A stretch of DNA of 64,000 bases from the NCBI GenBank assembly GCA_005222975.1, contig NJBI01000001.1:42571-106570 (forward strand). Reading direction: 5' to 3'. Numbering within the stretch: the stretch's first letter is position 1; each line of letters starts with the position of its first letter. The notes beneath the pieces were generated by a model that saw only the letters and a program-made list of their open reading frames with translations, did no database searches and was not told the DNA's origin. A program made the translations under genes and the position numbers. Origin of the DNA: Promethearchaeota archaeon Loki_b31 (GTDB lineage Archaea; Asgardarchaeota; Lokiarchaeia; Sigyniarchaeales; SOKP01). This document shows positions 37,463 through 46,776 of the stretch, piece by piece.

Positions 37463-39226
37463 GTGATCGATTTGATTGATTTTGATTTTGAATTAGAAGA
37501 TATTCCCTTTATCGAAGATGGAGATTTTAGGACTCTAAAATTACCAGAATTAACCGAAGAAGAAAGATTTTTAGTTGATCCACTAGTAGCCCCAACTTCG
37601 GGGTTAAGAATTCAGATTCTTGAAAATATAGAAAAAGAAGGAAAGAAAAAATATTTATTACCCAATAGAAAGCTTTTTTTATTTCTCAGAGTCTTTAAAG
37701 CGATTAGTCAAAAATACAAAGAAATGAAAGAGGGGAAGAATCTTAAAATCTTGATTGTTACCGATAATCGACCAAGCAAACAGATTCTACTTCGATATTG
37801 CTCTCAAATTTTTGCTTATGAGGGATATAAAATATATCACCAAACAGATCATCCGGGAGAATCTAAAATATCTGCCCCTTATGGCGCCGCGTCTGTCGCG
37901 TTATTCGAAGATATAAACTTAAATATCGTACTAACAGCGTCTCATAACGATCTATCGTGGAACGGAGTTAAATTTTATATTGATTATCCAATGCCAATGT
38001 CTGGAGATCTATTTAAAGAGATTGCAGATAAAGCACTAAAACTTGAAGAAATTAAGTTTGATCCAAATTACAAACCCTTTCTGATTGATGCTGAGCAGAA
38101 GAACAACGATTATGTGATCTCTCTTTTATCGAAAGTTTTAGAACTTAATAACCTAAGAGGAAAAAATATTGTTATTTGGCCTTACTTAGGGAAAGCTAGA
38201 GGAATTGTTAATTTATTTAATCGGTTAGGAGCGAATGTAATTTTAATAGAGGAAGAAATCAATCCCCCCAATCCGATAAAAATACTTCGAGAAGATAAAT
38301 TGCGGCAAGTTATGGAATCAGAAGATTCAGATATAGCTCTACTATTAGATGCCGATAGAGATAGAATTGCCTTATATGTGAAACAGAATGGTGAGTATTA
38401 CTATTATATCCCGAATGAGATATATTCTGCTATGCACAATATATTAGCTAATGTTTATCATAAGAAAATTATCAATGTGAGAACGATTCCAAGCGATTTA
38501 AGAGGAGATCATACTAGTTTTATAAATATTTTTACGGGTGTGGGATATAAACACCTGGGAGTGATTTTATATTTTCTACTAGGGATCGAAGTAGACCAAT
38601 CAAAAGTAGACTCAGCTATTCTTTATTATGAAGATAAAAAAAAAAATTTGATAAAAATTGATAACGCAGCGCCTTTAAAACAAAAATTACTCGAATTGAT
38701 TAAAAAAACCAACTTACTTGAAGAAGAATTTTTAATTGTAATGTGGGAAGAGTCAGGAGGACACACTCTGAATATATTAAATGTTTCTAAAGACGAAATA
38801 ACTGGGGAACTCCGATTTGAGACCAAATTTCCAATTATCGCAGATAAATATCCCGTGCCTGCTCTCGTTATAATCACAGAATTAATCTCACGAGGACATA
38901 AAATTTCCGAATCAATTGATTGGTCAATCAAAGGAATTAATAGAACTATCCGTGCAATTGACGAGGAAAAAGTTAAAATTATGAATAATTTTGGAAAAAA
39001 CGACGGTAAAACAATTAAAATCAATAACAAAAAGTATAAAGTAAGTGCCTTATCTGATAATAATAACAAGGTGGACTTATACCAGTTGAAAAGTAACGAT
39101 TCGATGTTATATTTTAGACCTAGCGGGACAGGTCCGGAAGTAAGGTTTTATATTTTTGGAAATCGTGATACTCATCTAAAAGAAATAAAGGCTGTACAAG
39201 ATTACGTGAAAACAAATTATTCATAA
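37463..39226 (+). CDS. Alpha-D-phosphohexomutase superfamily protein (PGM/PMM-like) with divergent motifs
   Basis: Phosphoserine loop TASHNDLSWNGVKFY, metal loop DADRDRIAL, phosphate-binding loop RPSGTGPEVRFY. Confidence 0.8.
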   Translation: MIDLIDFDFELEDIPFIEDGDFRTLKLPELTEEERFLVDPLVAPTSGLRIQILENIEKEGKKKYLLPNRKLFLFLRVFKAISQKYKEMKEGKNLKILIVTDNRPSKQILLRYCSQIFAYEGYKIYHQTDHPGESKISAPYGAASVALFEDINLNIVLTASHNDLSWNGVKFYIDYPMPMSGDLFKEIADKALKLEEIKFDPNYKPFLIDAEQKNNDYVISLLSKVLELNNLRGKNIVIWPYLGKARGIVNLFNRLGANVILIEEEINPPNPIKILREDKLRQVMESEDSDIALLLDADRDRIALYVKQNGEYYYYIPNEIYSAMHNILANVYHKKIINVRTIPSDLRGDHTSFINIFTGVGYKHLGVILYFLLGIEVDQSKVDSAILYYEDKKKNLIKIDNAAPLKQKLLELIKKTNLLEEEFLIVMWEESGGHTLNILNVSKDEITGELRFETKFPIIADKYPVPALVIITELISRGHKISESIDWSIKGINRTIRAIDEEKVKIMNNFGKNDGKTIKINNKKYKVSALSDNNNKVDLYQLKSNDSMLYFRPSGTGPEVRFYIFGNRDTHLKEIKAVQDYVKTNYS

Positions 39227-39265
39227 CTTTTAATATTAACTTAAGGAAATAGCTCCAGTTAATCT

Positions 39266-40960
39266 TTATATCTCCTGAACTATTCCAGGTATTATAATAC
39301 TATTAGATTCTATCCTTAAAATTCCTTTTTCTTGAAGACTCTTCATTGTACTTAATACTTTTTCTTCGTCCCACTTTAAACCATTCAAGAAGTTAATTTT
39401 TTTCAATGGTTTTTTATTTGTTGCGAATTTAATGAACTTTTTTTCGACAGCGTTTAATTCTACATCTTTAAACAAATAATATATGACTTTACCAATCTTA
39501 AATGATTTAAAGATCAATTTCAATTCAAAAAGTTGGGCTAATACGGATAAAATTACTTCGTTAGCAACATCTGTGATTTCTTGATCTATAAATTGCTTTA
39601 TTTTCTCGTATTGAGAGAACCCACCATTTATTAAAAAGAACTTTTCGTGGTAGCTCAAGATTTTTTGAGAAATAGTTTCTTTTAATTGAAGTTCTTCTTT
39701 CTCAACATATTCTAAATCTAATGGCTTATTGAGCGTACTTTTATCTTTAACTGCTTCTTTTTCTCTGGTTTTTGGTAAGCTTTTCACAGCTGGTTTTGTA
39801 GCAAATTTAATTTGTGGTAATTCTTCAATTTCATCTAAACTTGTATCTTGTAGATCATCTTCAATCTTAGGTTGTTTTTTCTTAGGCGGTGTTTTTGGAA
39901 TTTTCACGCTTTGTGTTTTTTTTAATCGTTCTTTTAATCTAGCCTTCAGCTCTAATTGGCGTTTAAGTTTTTCTTGTTCTTTAACTTTTTCTCTCTCTAA
40001 ATGTTCTTCTATTTTTTCGTTCCATTTTTTGCGTTCCTCGAATTCGCTAAATTCTTCAATAACAATGTGATCCGCCTCCTCAATATGAATAATTTCCTTT
40101 TTCTTCAATGTTTCAATAATTTTATTTGCATAAGTGTAATCCCAACTGGTTATATCTAATAATTTTTGAATAGTTAGATCTTCGTCTTCGTAAGCAAAAC
40201 TTAAAACAACCTTTTCTGGATTCGATAGCTCGATTTTTTCGGCAGTAAACACCATTATATGAAAGGTTGGGTTGATTTCTATAATGTCACTTAGAAGCTG
40301 TGTTTTTTTCATCAGATTTAGAACGGGCAAAAAATCGTCGTTTTTTATACTCTTAATATTTGTAAATGCGTGGTATTTAAATTGTTGTATAGGAATTATT
40401 TTGAGTTTATCTAAATCGTAGTCTTTAATGATGGAATTAAATTTGCGAGACATTTTTTCGTAAAACATTCCAACTCCGACGTTTGCTTTTTTCGCGTCAA
40501 TGTTATCCAAAAACAAATCGAAAGATTCAAGCTTTTCAATTGCACCCTCAAGATTTTCAAAGTCTTGCTTTAATTCTTCTTCGGATTTTGGCAAAGCAGA
40601 CTTATATCCTGCCGAAAAGACCCGATATTCCTTACCTGCTTTTTTGATAACTTGTATTTCTTTATCTTTAAGCTTAAATTGCTCCTCAGCAACTTTTATC
40701 TTCTTTTTAACTGTTATTTCTACTTGTTTTTCAGTTTTTGATATAATTTGAGATATTTTAGCTAATTTCTTCTTCACATCGTCTTTTTTTTCTTCGCTAA
40801 TAAATTTCTCAATATGGATTTCTTTTTTTCTTAGTTCCGCTAGAACTTCCTTTTTTTCAAGATATTTTTTATAACGAAGAGTTAATACAATGTAAAAAAT
40901 TAATAGTAGAACTGATACAAATAAAGCAGTAATAAAAACGAACATTGTTAGTGGACTCAA
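39266..40960 (-). CDS. N-terminally membrane-anchored K/E-rich coiled-coil protein with two winged-helix-like (EAP30/Vps22-36-like?) modules
   Basis: N-terminal TM segment MFVFITALFVSVLLLIFYIVL and long charged helices. Two segments end in ...SWDYTYANKIIETLKKKEIIHIEE and ...KWDEEKVLSTMKSLQEKGILRIES. Confidence 0.5.
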   Translation of the reverse strand: MSPLTMFVFITALFVSVLLLIFYIVLTLRYKKYLEKKEVLAELRKKEIHIEKFISEEKKDDVKKKLAKISQIISKTEKQVEITVKKKIKVAEEQFKLKDKEIQVIKKAGKEYRVFSAGYKSALPKSEEELKQDFENLEGAIEKLESFDLFLDNIDAKKANVGVGMFYEKMSRKFNSIIKDYDLDKLKIIPIQQFKYHAFTNIKSIKNDDFLPVLNLMKKTQLLSDIIEINPTFHIMVFTAEKIELSNPEKVVLSFAYEDEDLTIQKLLDITSWDYTYANKIIETLKKKEIIHIEEADHIVIEEFSEFEERKKWNEKIEEHLEREKVKEQEKLKRQLELKARLKERLKKTQSVKIPKTPPKKKQPKIEDDLQDTSLDEIEELPQIKFATKPAVKSLPKTREKEAVKDKSTLNKPLDLEYVEKEELQLKETISQKILSYHEKFFLINGGFSQYEKIKQFIDQEITDVANEVILSVLAQLFELKLIFKSFKIGKVIYYLFKDVELNAVEKKFIKFATNKKPLKKINFLNGLKWDEEKVLSTMKSLQEKGILRIESNSIIIPGIVQEI

Positions 40961-41070
40961 CTAAGTATTAATCGTTGTTAATTAGTTAAATAAAGAATCT
41001 TTTAATTAAAATAATTTTACTATCCTATTTTCAAATTTCATATTAAAACTTTAATTTGAATAAAAAATTT

Positions 41071-41091
41071 AATAATAATAATAATAATAAT
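41071..41091. repeat. (AAT)7 microsatellite upstream of the acyl-CoA dehydrogenase gene
   Basis: Direct read: aataataataataataataat at 41071-41091. Confidence 0.9.
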
Positions 41092-41127
41092 ATAAAATCT
41101 TTCAATTTATAAGAAATACAATTAGAA

Positions 41128-42387
41128 TTGACGAAAATTATGCAAGAGAAAATAATAAACGATAAAATCCTTGAAAAAATGACGTTGGATAATGTTTTCA
41201 AAATTTTTAACGATAATATATTTCCAATGTTAAATGATGAAGAGGTACAATATTGCCAAGAGTTAGAATCTTTTTGCTTAGAGCTTCACCCTAAAATCGA
41301 TAAAAGTAAAGATGTATATGTGTTATTCCCAGAGCTAGGTAAACACGGATACATGCAAAGGATAAATAAATGGCGCGATTTTGAGCCATATGGTATGAAA
41401 AAAGAGATTTTATTGGCTACAATCATGTCTATATGCGATCCTCAATTAGAATTAGCGAGATTAGCAAGCGGTATTTTATGTGGGAATCCAACGTTTCAAC
41501 ATGGTGAAACGAGCGAGATTCTTAAAGTCCAAGACGAATTGATGAGTGGAAAAGAAGCAGGCTGTATTGGAATAACTGAGCCAGAACGCGGGTCCGATGC
41601 CGTGAACCTGACAACAACTTGTACAAAGGTGGATGATGGTATTGTTTTTTCAGGTGAAAAGGTCTTTACGACAAATGGTCCTAAAGCAAAGTATTTTGTT
41701 TGTTATGGTGTTTACGATACCGAGCACCCCAGACAAACGATGGTTCAAGGAATGCTTTCTAGGGATTTCGGTGGAATAGAGACAAAAAGATTGAAGATTA
41801 ATTCAGTTCCTCGAGTTCATATCGCTCATACATTTTTAAATGATGTAAAAGTTCCAATGGAGTATATTTTAGGGGATAATGGAGGGGGTTATCATAATCT
41901 TTTTGATGGATTAGTTCCTGAGCGTTTAGGCATTATGGGCTCAGGTGTGGGTATATGTTGGGCAGGACTTATATACGCAATAATTTATACTAATCTCAGA
42001 CAACAATTTGGAAAAAATGTAATTAACTATCAAGGAGTCGGATACAGTTTAGGAGATTTATTATCGAAATGTAGTGCCGCTACAAGTTTGGCATTCCAAG
42101 CAGCGACTATCTATGACGATAAAATACTTTTTGCCGATAAACCAAGCAAAGAAGCAGAAAAATGGGTGGCGGGAGTCTCTTCTCAAGGCAAGTACTTACT
42201 TTCAAAGCTTACACACGAAGTTTGCTACGAAGTTCAACAGCAAATGGGTGGTGTATCTGTTACAGATAACACTCCAGTTGACGAGCTCATGGATGTAAGT
42301 AAAATTGAAGAAGTAATTGGTGGAGCCAGAAACATTCAATTGCTTATATTACACGGTGGGCTTCGAAGGTATTCAAAAATCTTATAA
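41128..42387 (+). CDS. Acyl-CoA dehydrogenase family protein
   Basis: GCIGITEPERGSDAVNLTTTC (ACAD signature 1 region), FSGEKVFTTNG and the C-terminal helical domain. Confidence 0.85.
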   Translation: MTKIMQEKIINDKILEKMTLDNVFKIFNDNIFPMLNDEEVQYCQELESFCLELHPKIDKSKDVYVLFPELGKHGYMQRINKWRDFEPYGMKKEILLATIMSICDPQLELARLASGILCGNPTFQHGETSEILKVQDELMSGKEAGCIGITEPERGSDAVNLTTTCTKVDDGIVFSGEKVFTTNGPKAKYFVCYGVYDTEHPRQTMVQGMLSRDFGGIETKRLKINSVPRVHIAHTFLNDVKVPMEYILGDNGGGYHNLFDGLVPERLGIMGSGVGICWAGLIYAIIYTNLRQQFGKNVINYQGVGYSLGDLLSKCSAATSLAFQAATIYDDKILFADKPSKEAEKWVAGVSSQGKYLLSKLTHEVCYEVQQQMGGVSVTDNTPVDELMDVSKIEEVIGGARNIQLLILHGGLRRYSKIL

Positions 42388-42401
42388 TTTTTTCCTTTTT
42401 T
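42388..42401 (+). terminator. Oligo-T tract (TTTTTTCCTTTTTT) immediately after the ACAD stop codon
   Basis: Two T6 runs start directly after TAA 42385-42387. Archaeal RNA polymerase terminates at oligo-T. Confidence 0.35.
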
Positions 42402-42612
42402 ACTTACAGAATATTTTATTATACTGTAGAAAAGAAAAAGAAAGAAACTTGACATTATTACTTTTTTAATAAATGATAGAAGTCTTTTCTTTTTTCTGAA
42501 AGTTTAATGTATTAAGCGTGTAAGGAAAATTAATAAGTTCAAAATGGTATAATCACATTAGAAAAGAAGAAACTTAATATTATTTTAGTTTATATAACAG
42601 ATTGTATCAACC

Positions 42613-42864
42613 ATGCAAGAAATTACAGATGAAAATTATAGAAAAATCGTAAGAAACTTCAAAGGCAGAATGGAATTTATGAATAAAACGCCTACCATAG
42701 ATGCGGTTAAAATTTTTTTCGAAATCTGTGACCTTGGTATAAGTAGTTACATTAAAACTGAAAAAAAGAGGTTCCCCGATAAGTCAATTAAAGAAATTAT
42801 TTTAGAAATGCATAAATTTCACGAAAAAATGAAAGCAATGGGGAGAAAAAATAAATGGAAGTAA
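42613..42864 (+). CDS. Small protein overlapping the next gene by 10 nt (possible antitoxin-like partner)
   Basis: 83-aa ORF. Its stop TAA at 42862-42864 overlaps ATG 42855 of the downstream ORF (ATGGAAGTAA). Confidence 0.35.
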   Translation: MQEITDENYRKIVRNFKGRMEFMNKTPTIDAVKIFFEICDLGISSYIKTEKKRFPDKSIKEIILEMHKFHEKMKAMGRKNKWK

Positions 42865-43484
42865 TTTACAAAAATGCGTTCTTTCAATTAATAAATTTTC
42901 TCGAAAAAATGGAAAAAGATAAGGGTATTAAATATTATTTAGTCGGTGGAATTTTGACTAGTATTTATTCTGAAACAAGATCCACACACGATATTGATTT
43001 TGTAGTAGATTTATTTTCAGCAAATCTTTCTCTTAATAATTATATTTCGCTACTATCTGAATATGAATTTTTTCCTTTTCAAGATTGGATTACAACTATG
43101 AATCTAGCTAGACAAACTAAAATGCTTCAATATTTAGATAAACAAGAAAGAATAAACCTCGATAATTATATTATTGATAAAGCCGATAAAAGCAAATATA
43201 AAAGGATTGGGCCTATAGCCCTAAAAAGGAGAGTCAAAGTCGAATTCGCTGATATCAAATGTTGGGCAACATCTAAAGAAGATTTTATTATATCCAAATT
43301 AGTTCTTGGAGGTTGGCAAGATTATACTGACGCTTTAGGATGTTGGATGAGGTTTAATGATTTATTAGATATTCTCTATATGAATAAAATCAGCAAAGAG
43401 TTAGGGGTTCAAAAGGAATATGAGTTATTAAAATCTGGAATCGACGATCCAGACGATTATTTTAAACAAATTAATGGTTATTAA
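42855..43484 (+). CDS. Nucleotidyltransferase-fold protein (MNT/AbiEii/DUF6036-like)
   Basis: YYLVGGILTSIYSETRSTHDIDFVVDL matches the G[GS]...R.T.D[IL]D minimal NTase pattern. Confidence 0.5.
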   Translation: MEVIYKNAFFQLINFLEKMEKDKGIKYYLVGGILTSIYSETRSTHDIDFVVDLFSANLSLNNYISLLSEYEFFPFQDWITTMNLARQTKMLQYLDKQERINLDNYIIDKADKSKYKRIGPIALKRRVKVEFADIKCWATSKEDFIISKLVLGGWQDYTDALGCWMRFNDLLDILYMNKISKELGVQKEYELLKSGIDDPDDYFKQINGY

Positions 43485-43522
43485 AATAGTTTAAATCTCA
43501 TCATTTCTTTTTTAAATGCTTT

Positions 43523-44284
43523 TTAACTAATCAAACTCAAAATAGCCGAAACAATCGACTTAATGCTAATAACTAAGAGAAAACAAAAGACAAGAATCTG
43601 AAATTTGTTTACAGGAATTTTAGGGGTAATCTTATGACCAAGTTTAGTCCCGAGGAATATAATTGGAAAAGCGAATAAAAATATTAATAGTAGTACGCTT
43701 GGGAATAATCCTTCAACTATATAGAATGGGATTCTTGAAACGGAAAGTACTGTTCCAATAGCAGCAAAATTTCCGATAAAACTTTCTCTATAATGTCCTG
43801 TTTTTTCTAATAAAGCTACATTAATGGGTCCTGCCGCGCCAATTAAACCAGTTAACAAGCCATAAGAGAATCCCCCGAACAAAATTAGGGGAGATGTTGT
43901 GTTTATTTCCTTTTTTATTTCAATTTGAGATTGACTCTTAATGTAATTAACGAGTTTTAAAGAAGAATATATCAGAATAAAAACGCCCAAAATTAACTCG
44001 ATCCATTCCAATCGAATATTTATAATTAAGTACGTTCCTAGAATTGTGGCGGGAATGCCTAGCGATACAATTCGGAGAAAATAACCCCTATCTAAAAATT
44101 CTTTGTATTTAATATAATTGAGTAAAGCGGGAAAAGTGCCCCAGATATTTACTAGTATTATCGCATCCTTAATTCCTATTATTGGAGCTAAAATAGGGAT
44201 TAATATCAACGCGTCGCCGAATCCTATAATCCCGTAGACCGTACTCGAGAAGAAAATTACTATTAGTGTTATAAGTATAATCAT
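43523..44284 (-). CDS. TSUP (TauE/SafE) family anion exporter/permease
   Basis: 8-TM protein with GIIGFGDALILIPIL and a second-half repeat GLLTGLIGAAGPINVALL. Confidence 0.75.
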   Translation of the reverse strand: MIILITLIVIFFSSTVYGIIGFGDALILIPILAPIIGIKDAIILVNIWGTFPALLNYIKYKEFLDRGYFLRIVSLGIPATILGTYLIINIRLEWIELILGVFILIYSSLKLVNYIKSQSQIEIKKEINTTSPLILFGGFSYGLLTGLIGAAGPINVALLEKTGHYRESFIGNFAAIGTVLSVSRIPFYIVEGLFPSVLLLIFLFAFPIIFLGTKLGHKITPKIPVNKFQILVFCFLLVISIKSIVSAILSLIS

Positions 44285-44290
44285 AAATAT

Positions 44291-45028
44291 TTAATCTCTA
44301 TTCATTAATTTTTTTTGAGGATCCTTTCTTTTTCCAAAAAGCATTTCTTTATTCTTTTCTACAAATTTCCATCCAAACCCAGAGAGTTCGCTTAAGGGGC
44401 CTGTAATTCCTTTTGGATTTCCTGTCCTAGTAAATGTAATTTCTGTTTGTTGAATTGCCTTAAACACGCGATAGGGCGTCTTGTAATTATCTATTAAAGA
44501 TTTAGCCTTTTTCGGACCGATATCTACGAATCCTTCCACAATAAATGTTCTTCTTTCTTCAACGCTCATACTTTTTGGTGCCTTTCTTGAAAGTAATGGC
44601 ATTCCATCCTTAACTTGTTCACGGTTAGCTATTCGCTCTATAACGATTGCTGTATCCGCGATATTTCTAGTCGGTATTACTGATATTCCCAATTTATAAG
44701 AAATAAATGCCAGGGCACCATAAATTGAGGAAATTTTCATTCCAGTATTTTCAAACACATTATCATTTAAACCCTCTAGAATTAATATAGGTGTGGTGTA
44801 GGTTTCTTTTAAGCGAAGACACTGCTCAAATAAACGATTATCCATAATAGAAGCAACGAAATCAAACCCTTCTTTTCTTTCAATTGCTACATCTTCAGAA
44901 ATTACTATATCTGCAATATCTAATTGTTTAGTTTCGAACTTGATATTAGGGTGCTTCTCTTCCAGTAATTTCATTAACTTCCTTTCTCTATTGTCAATAA
45001 TGACCTTGAGGACATTGGTTTGGCTCAT
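44291..45028 (-). CDS. Short archaeal XPF/Hef/Mus81-family structure-specific nuclease (ERCC4 domain + HhH2)
   Basis: VIIDNRER...LDIADIVISEDVAIERKEGFDFVASIMDNRLFEQ (ERCC4 GDxn ERKx3D signature). C-terminal HhH-like GPKKAKSLI / LSGFGWKFVEK. Confidence 0.8.
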   Translation of the reverse strand: MSQTNVLKVIIDNRERKLMKLLEEKHPNIKFETKQLDIADIVISEDVAIERKEGFDFVASIMDNRLFEQCLRLKETYTTPILILEGLNDNVFENTGMKISSIYGALAFISYKLGISVIPTRNIADTAIVIERIANREQVKDGMPLLSRKAPKSMSVEERRTFIVEGFVDIGPKKAKSLIDNYKTPYRVFKAIQQTEITFTRTGNPKGITGPLSELSGFGWKFVEKNKEMLFGKRKDPQKKLMNRD

Positions 45029-45160
45029 TTTTATTTTTATTGGTAATCGAATTTGTAATTGTTATTTTAAAATCAATTATGTTAATTAAAATAATCTAAG
45101 CTATAAAAATAAAAAATAGTAGTATTACTTTTAAAAGTTAAATGATTTGTTTTTGTTCTA

Positions 45161-45685
45161 TTATTGAGGTTCTAGGTTAATATTACGCTTAAGATAATTT
45201 ATAATTTCTTTTCTACTATATAATTTGTTATTTATTAAAACAAAAATGAAAATTAGAATCCCTGTTATCTCCGTCAAATAAACGACGGGGTTGTTAAATA
45301 ATGTATATAACCATACTCCGAGGGGATCGTCAATTATAATAAATTCATACATGATAAATGGATAAAAAAGTGGTACTTCTGGTAGATCTAAAATTAAGTG
45401 AACGACCATCCCCACTAAAAATGGGATTGATATAGATTTTCTTCTTTTCGTAATAAAGTGCAAAATAACAAAACTGATTAAAATAAATAAAATTGTATGT
45501 GAGATTCCCCTCCCTGAACCTAAATTTAAAAAAAGTAGAAATTTATCAATAATATCTGGAAATAACGAGCCAACAATTAACGCAAATCTATTAAATTCAA
45601 ATCTCTTCTTAACCAGTGGTAATTCAAAGAGAATTAACGGAATAGCAACGTGAAAAATCGGAAACATATTTATCGTCTCGTTCAA
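45161..45685 (-). CDS. Membrane-bound metal-dependent hydrolase (YdjM/DUF457-like)
   Basis: FHVAIPLIL, LFPDIIDK, GISHTILF and 4-5 TM segments. Confidence 0.5.
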   Translation of the reverse strand: MNETINMFPIFHVAIPLILFELPLVKKRFEFNRFALIVGSLFPDIIDKFLLFLNLGSGRGISHTILFILISFVILHFITKRRKSISIPFLVGMVVHLILDLPEVPLFYPFIMYEFIIIDDPLGVWLYTLFNNPVVYLTEITGILIFIFVLINNKLYSRKEIINYLKRNINLEPQ

Positions 45686-45839
45686 AATCCATATAAAAAC
45701 CGAAAAAAGTTAAGTATTTCAGGTAAGTAGAATATTAATATCAAGATTATTACAAATTCAATTGAGACCTTTATCGCCCTCTTTACCAAATAAGGGTAAG
45801 AAACCATTTTATCTTGTTTCATAATTTTCTTTAACTTGT

Positions 45840-46640
45840 CTATTTAATTTGGTATTCTTTTAGAACTTCTCTCACCGTATAATTATGATGTACAATTTTA
45901 GATAGAGCTTTAACAATTTTTACAGGATCCTCCGCTTGAAAAACATTTCTTCCAAACGCAACTCCTTTACCTCCTGCTTGGATAGAATCGTAAACTAGTT
46001 GGAATAAATCTTGAATCGTATCAGTTTTCGGACCACCAGCTATAATAACTGGAATATGTACACTTTTTACGATATATTTGAAAGAGTCAATATCTCCAGT
46101 GTAATTTGTTTTAACTATGTCTGCGCCTAATTCAGCACCTGCTCTTACAGCAATATTAACTACTTCAGGAGCATTCTCATCTTTTATTTTTTTACCTCTA
46201 GGATACATCATAGCTATAAGCGGTAAGCCCCATTCTCTTGATGACTCAACGACGCTATGAGCGTCTTGAAGCATTTCTGGTTCCTCATCAGCTCCTATAT
46301 TAATATGAATTGAAACTCCATCTGCACCCATTTTCAAAGCTCGCTCTACAGAACACACCAATACTTTTCTATCAGGGTCTGGAGTTAAACTTGTTGCTCC
46401 CGAAAGGTGAATAATTAACCCTATATCTTGTCCGTACTGCCTATGCCCCGCTCCAACCATACCAGAATGCATTAAAACCGCGTTCGCGCCACCTATAGCG
46501 ACCTTATCAACAATATTTGCCAAATTTTCTAATCCTTTAATCGTTCCTACAGTGAGGCCATGGTCCATTGGTACAATTATCGTTCTTTTGCTTTTTCGAT
46601 CGAACAACCGTTCAATTCTAATACCCTTTCCAAGATTCAA
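45840..46640 (-). CDS. DhnA-type class I aldolase: 2-amino-3,7-dideoxy-D-threo-hept-6-ulosonate (ADH) synthase / archaeal class I fructose-bisphosphate aldolase family
   Basis: Collinear from memory with the MJ0400 type: IIVPMDHG...GGANAVLMH...GLIIHLS...[12 protein letters not shown]...[11 protein letters not shown]...[12 protein letters not shown]...AGGPK...AFGRNVFQ (Schiff-base Lys in IVKTNY). Confidence 0.8.
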   Translation of the reverse strand: MNLGKGIRIERLFDRKSKRTIIVPMDHGLTVGTIKGLENLANIVDKVAIGGANAVLMHSGMVGAGHRQYGQDIGLIIHLSGATSLTPDPDRKVLVCSVERALKMGADGVSIHINIGADEEPEMLQDAHSVVESSREWGLPLIAMMYPRGKKIKDENAPEVVNIAVRAGAELGADIVKTNYTGDIDSFKYIVKSVHIPVIIAGGPKTDTIQDLFQLVYDSIQAGGKGVAFGRNVFQAEDPVKIVKALSKIVHHNYTVREVLKEYQIK

Positions 46641-46776
46641 TCTTATTACACAATTTTTTAATTATAATCAAATTATTGGTAATAAATGAGAGTAGAAATA
46701 TAAAATTATATTATTATGATTGAGTTTTTTCATAAGAAGTGTTGTAACTTAAAAGATTAGAATAAAAAAAATAATG

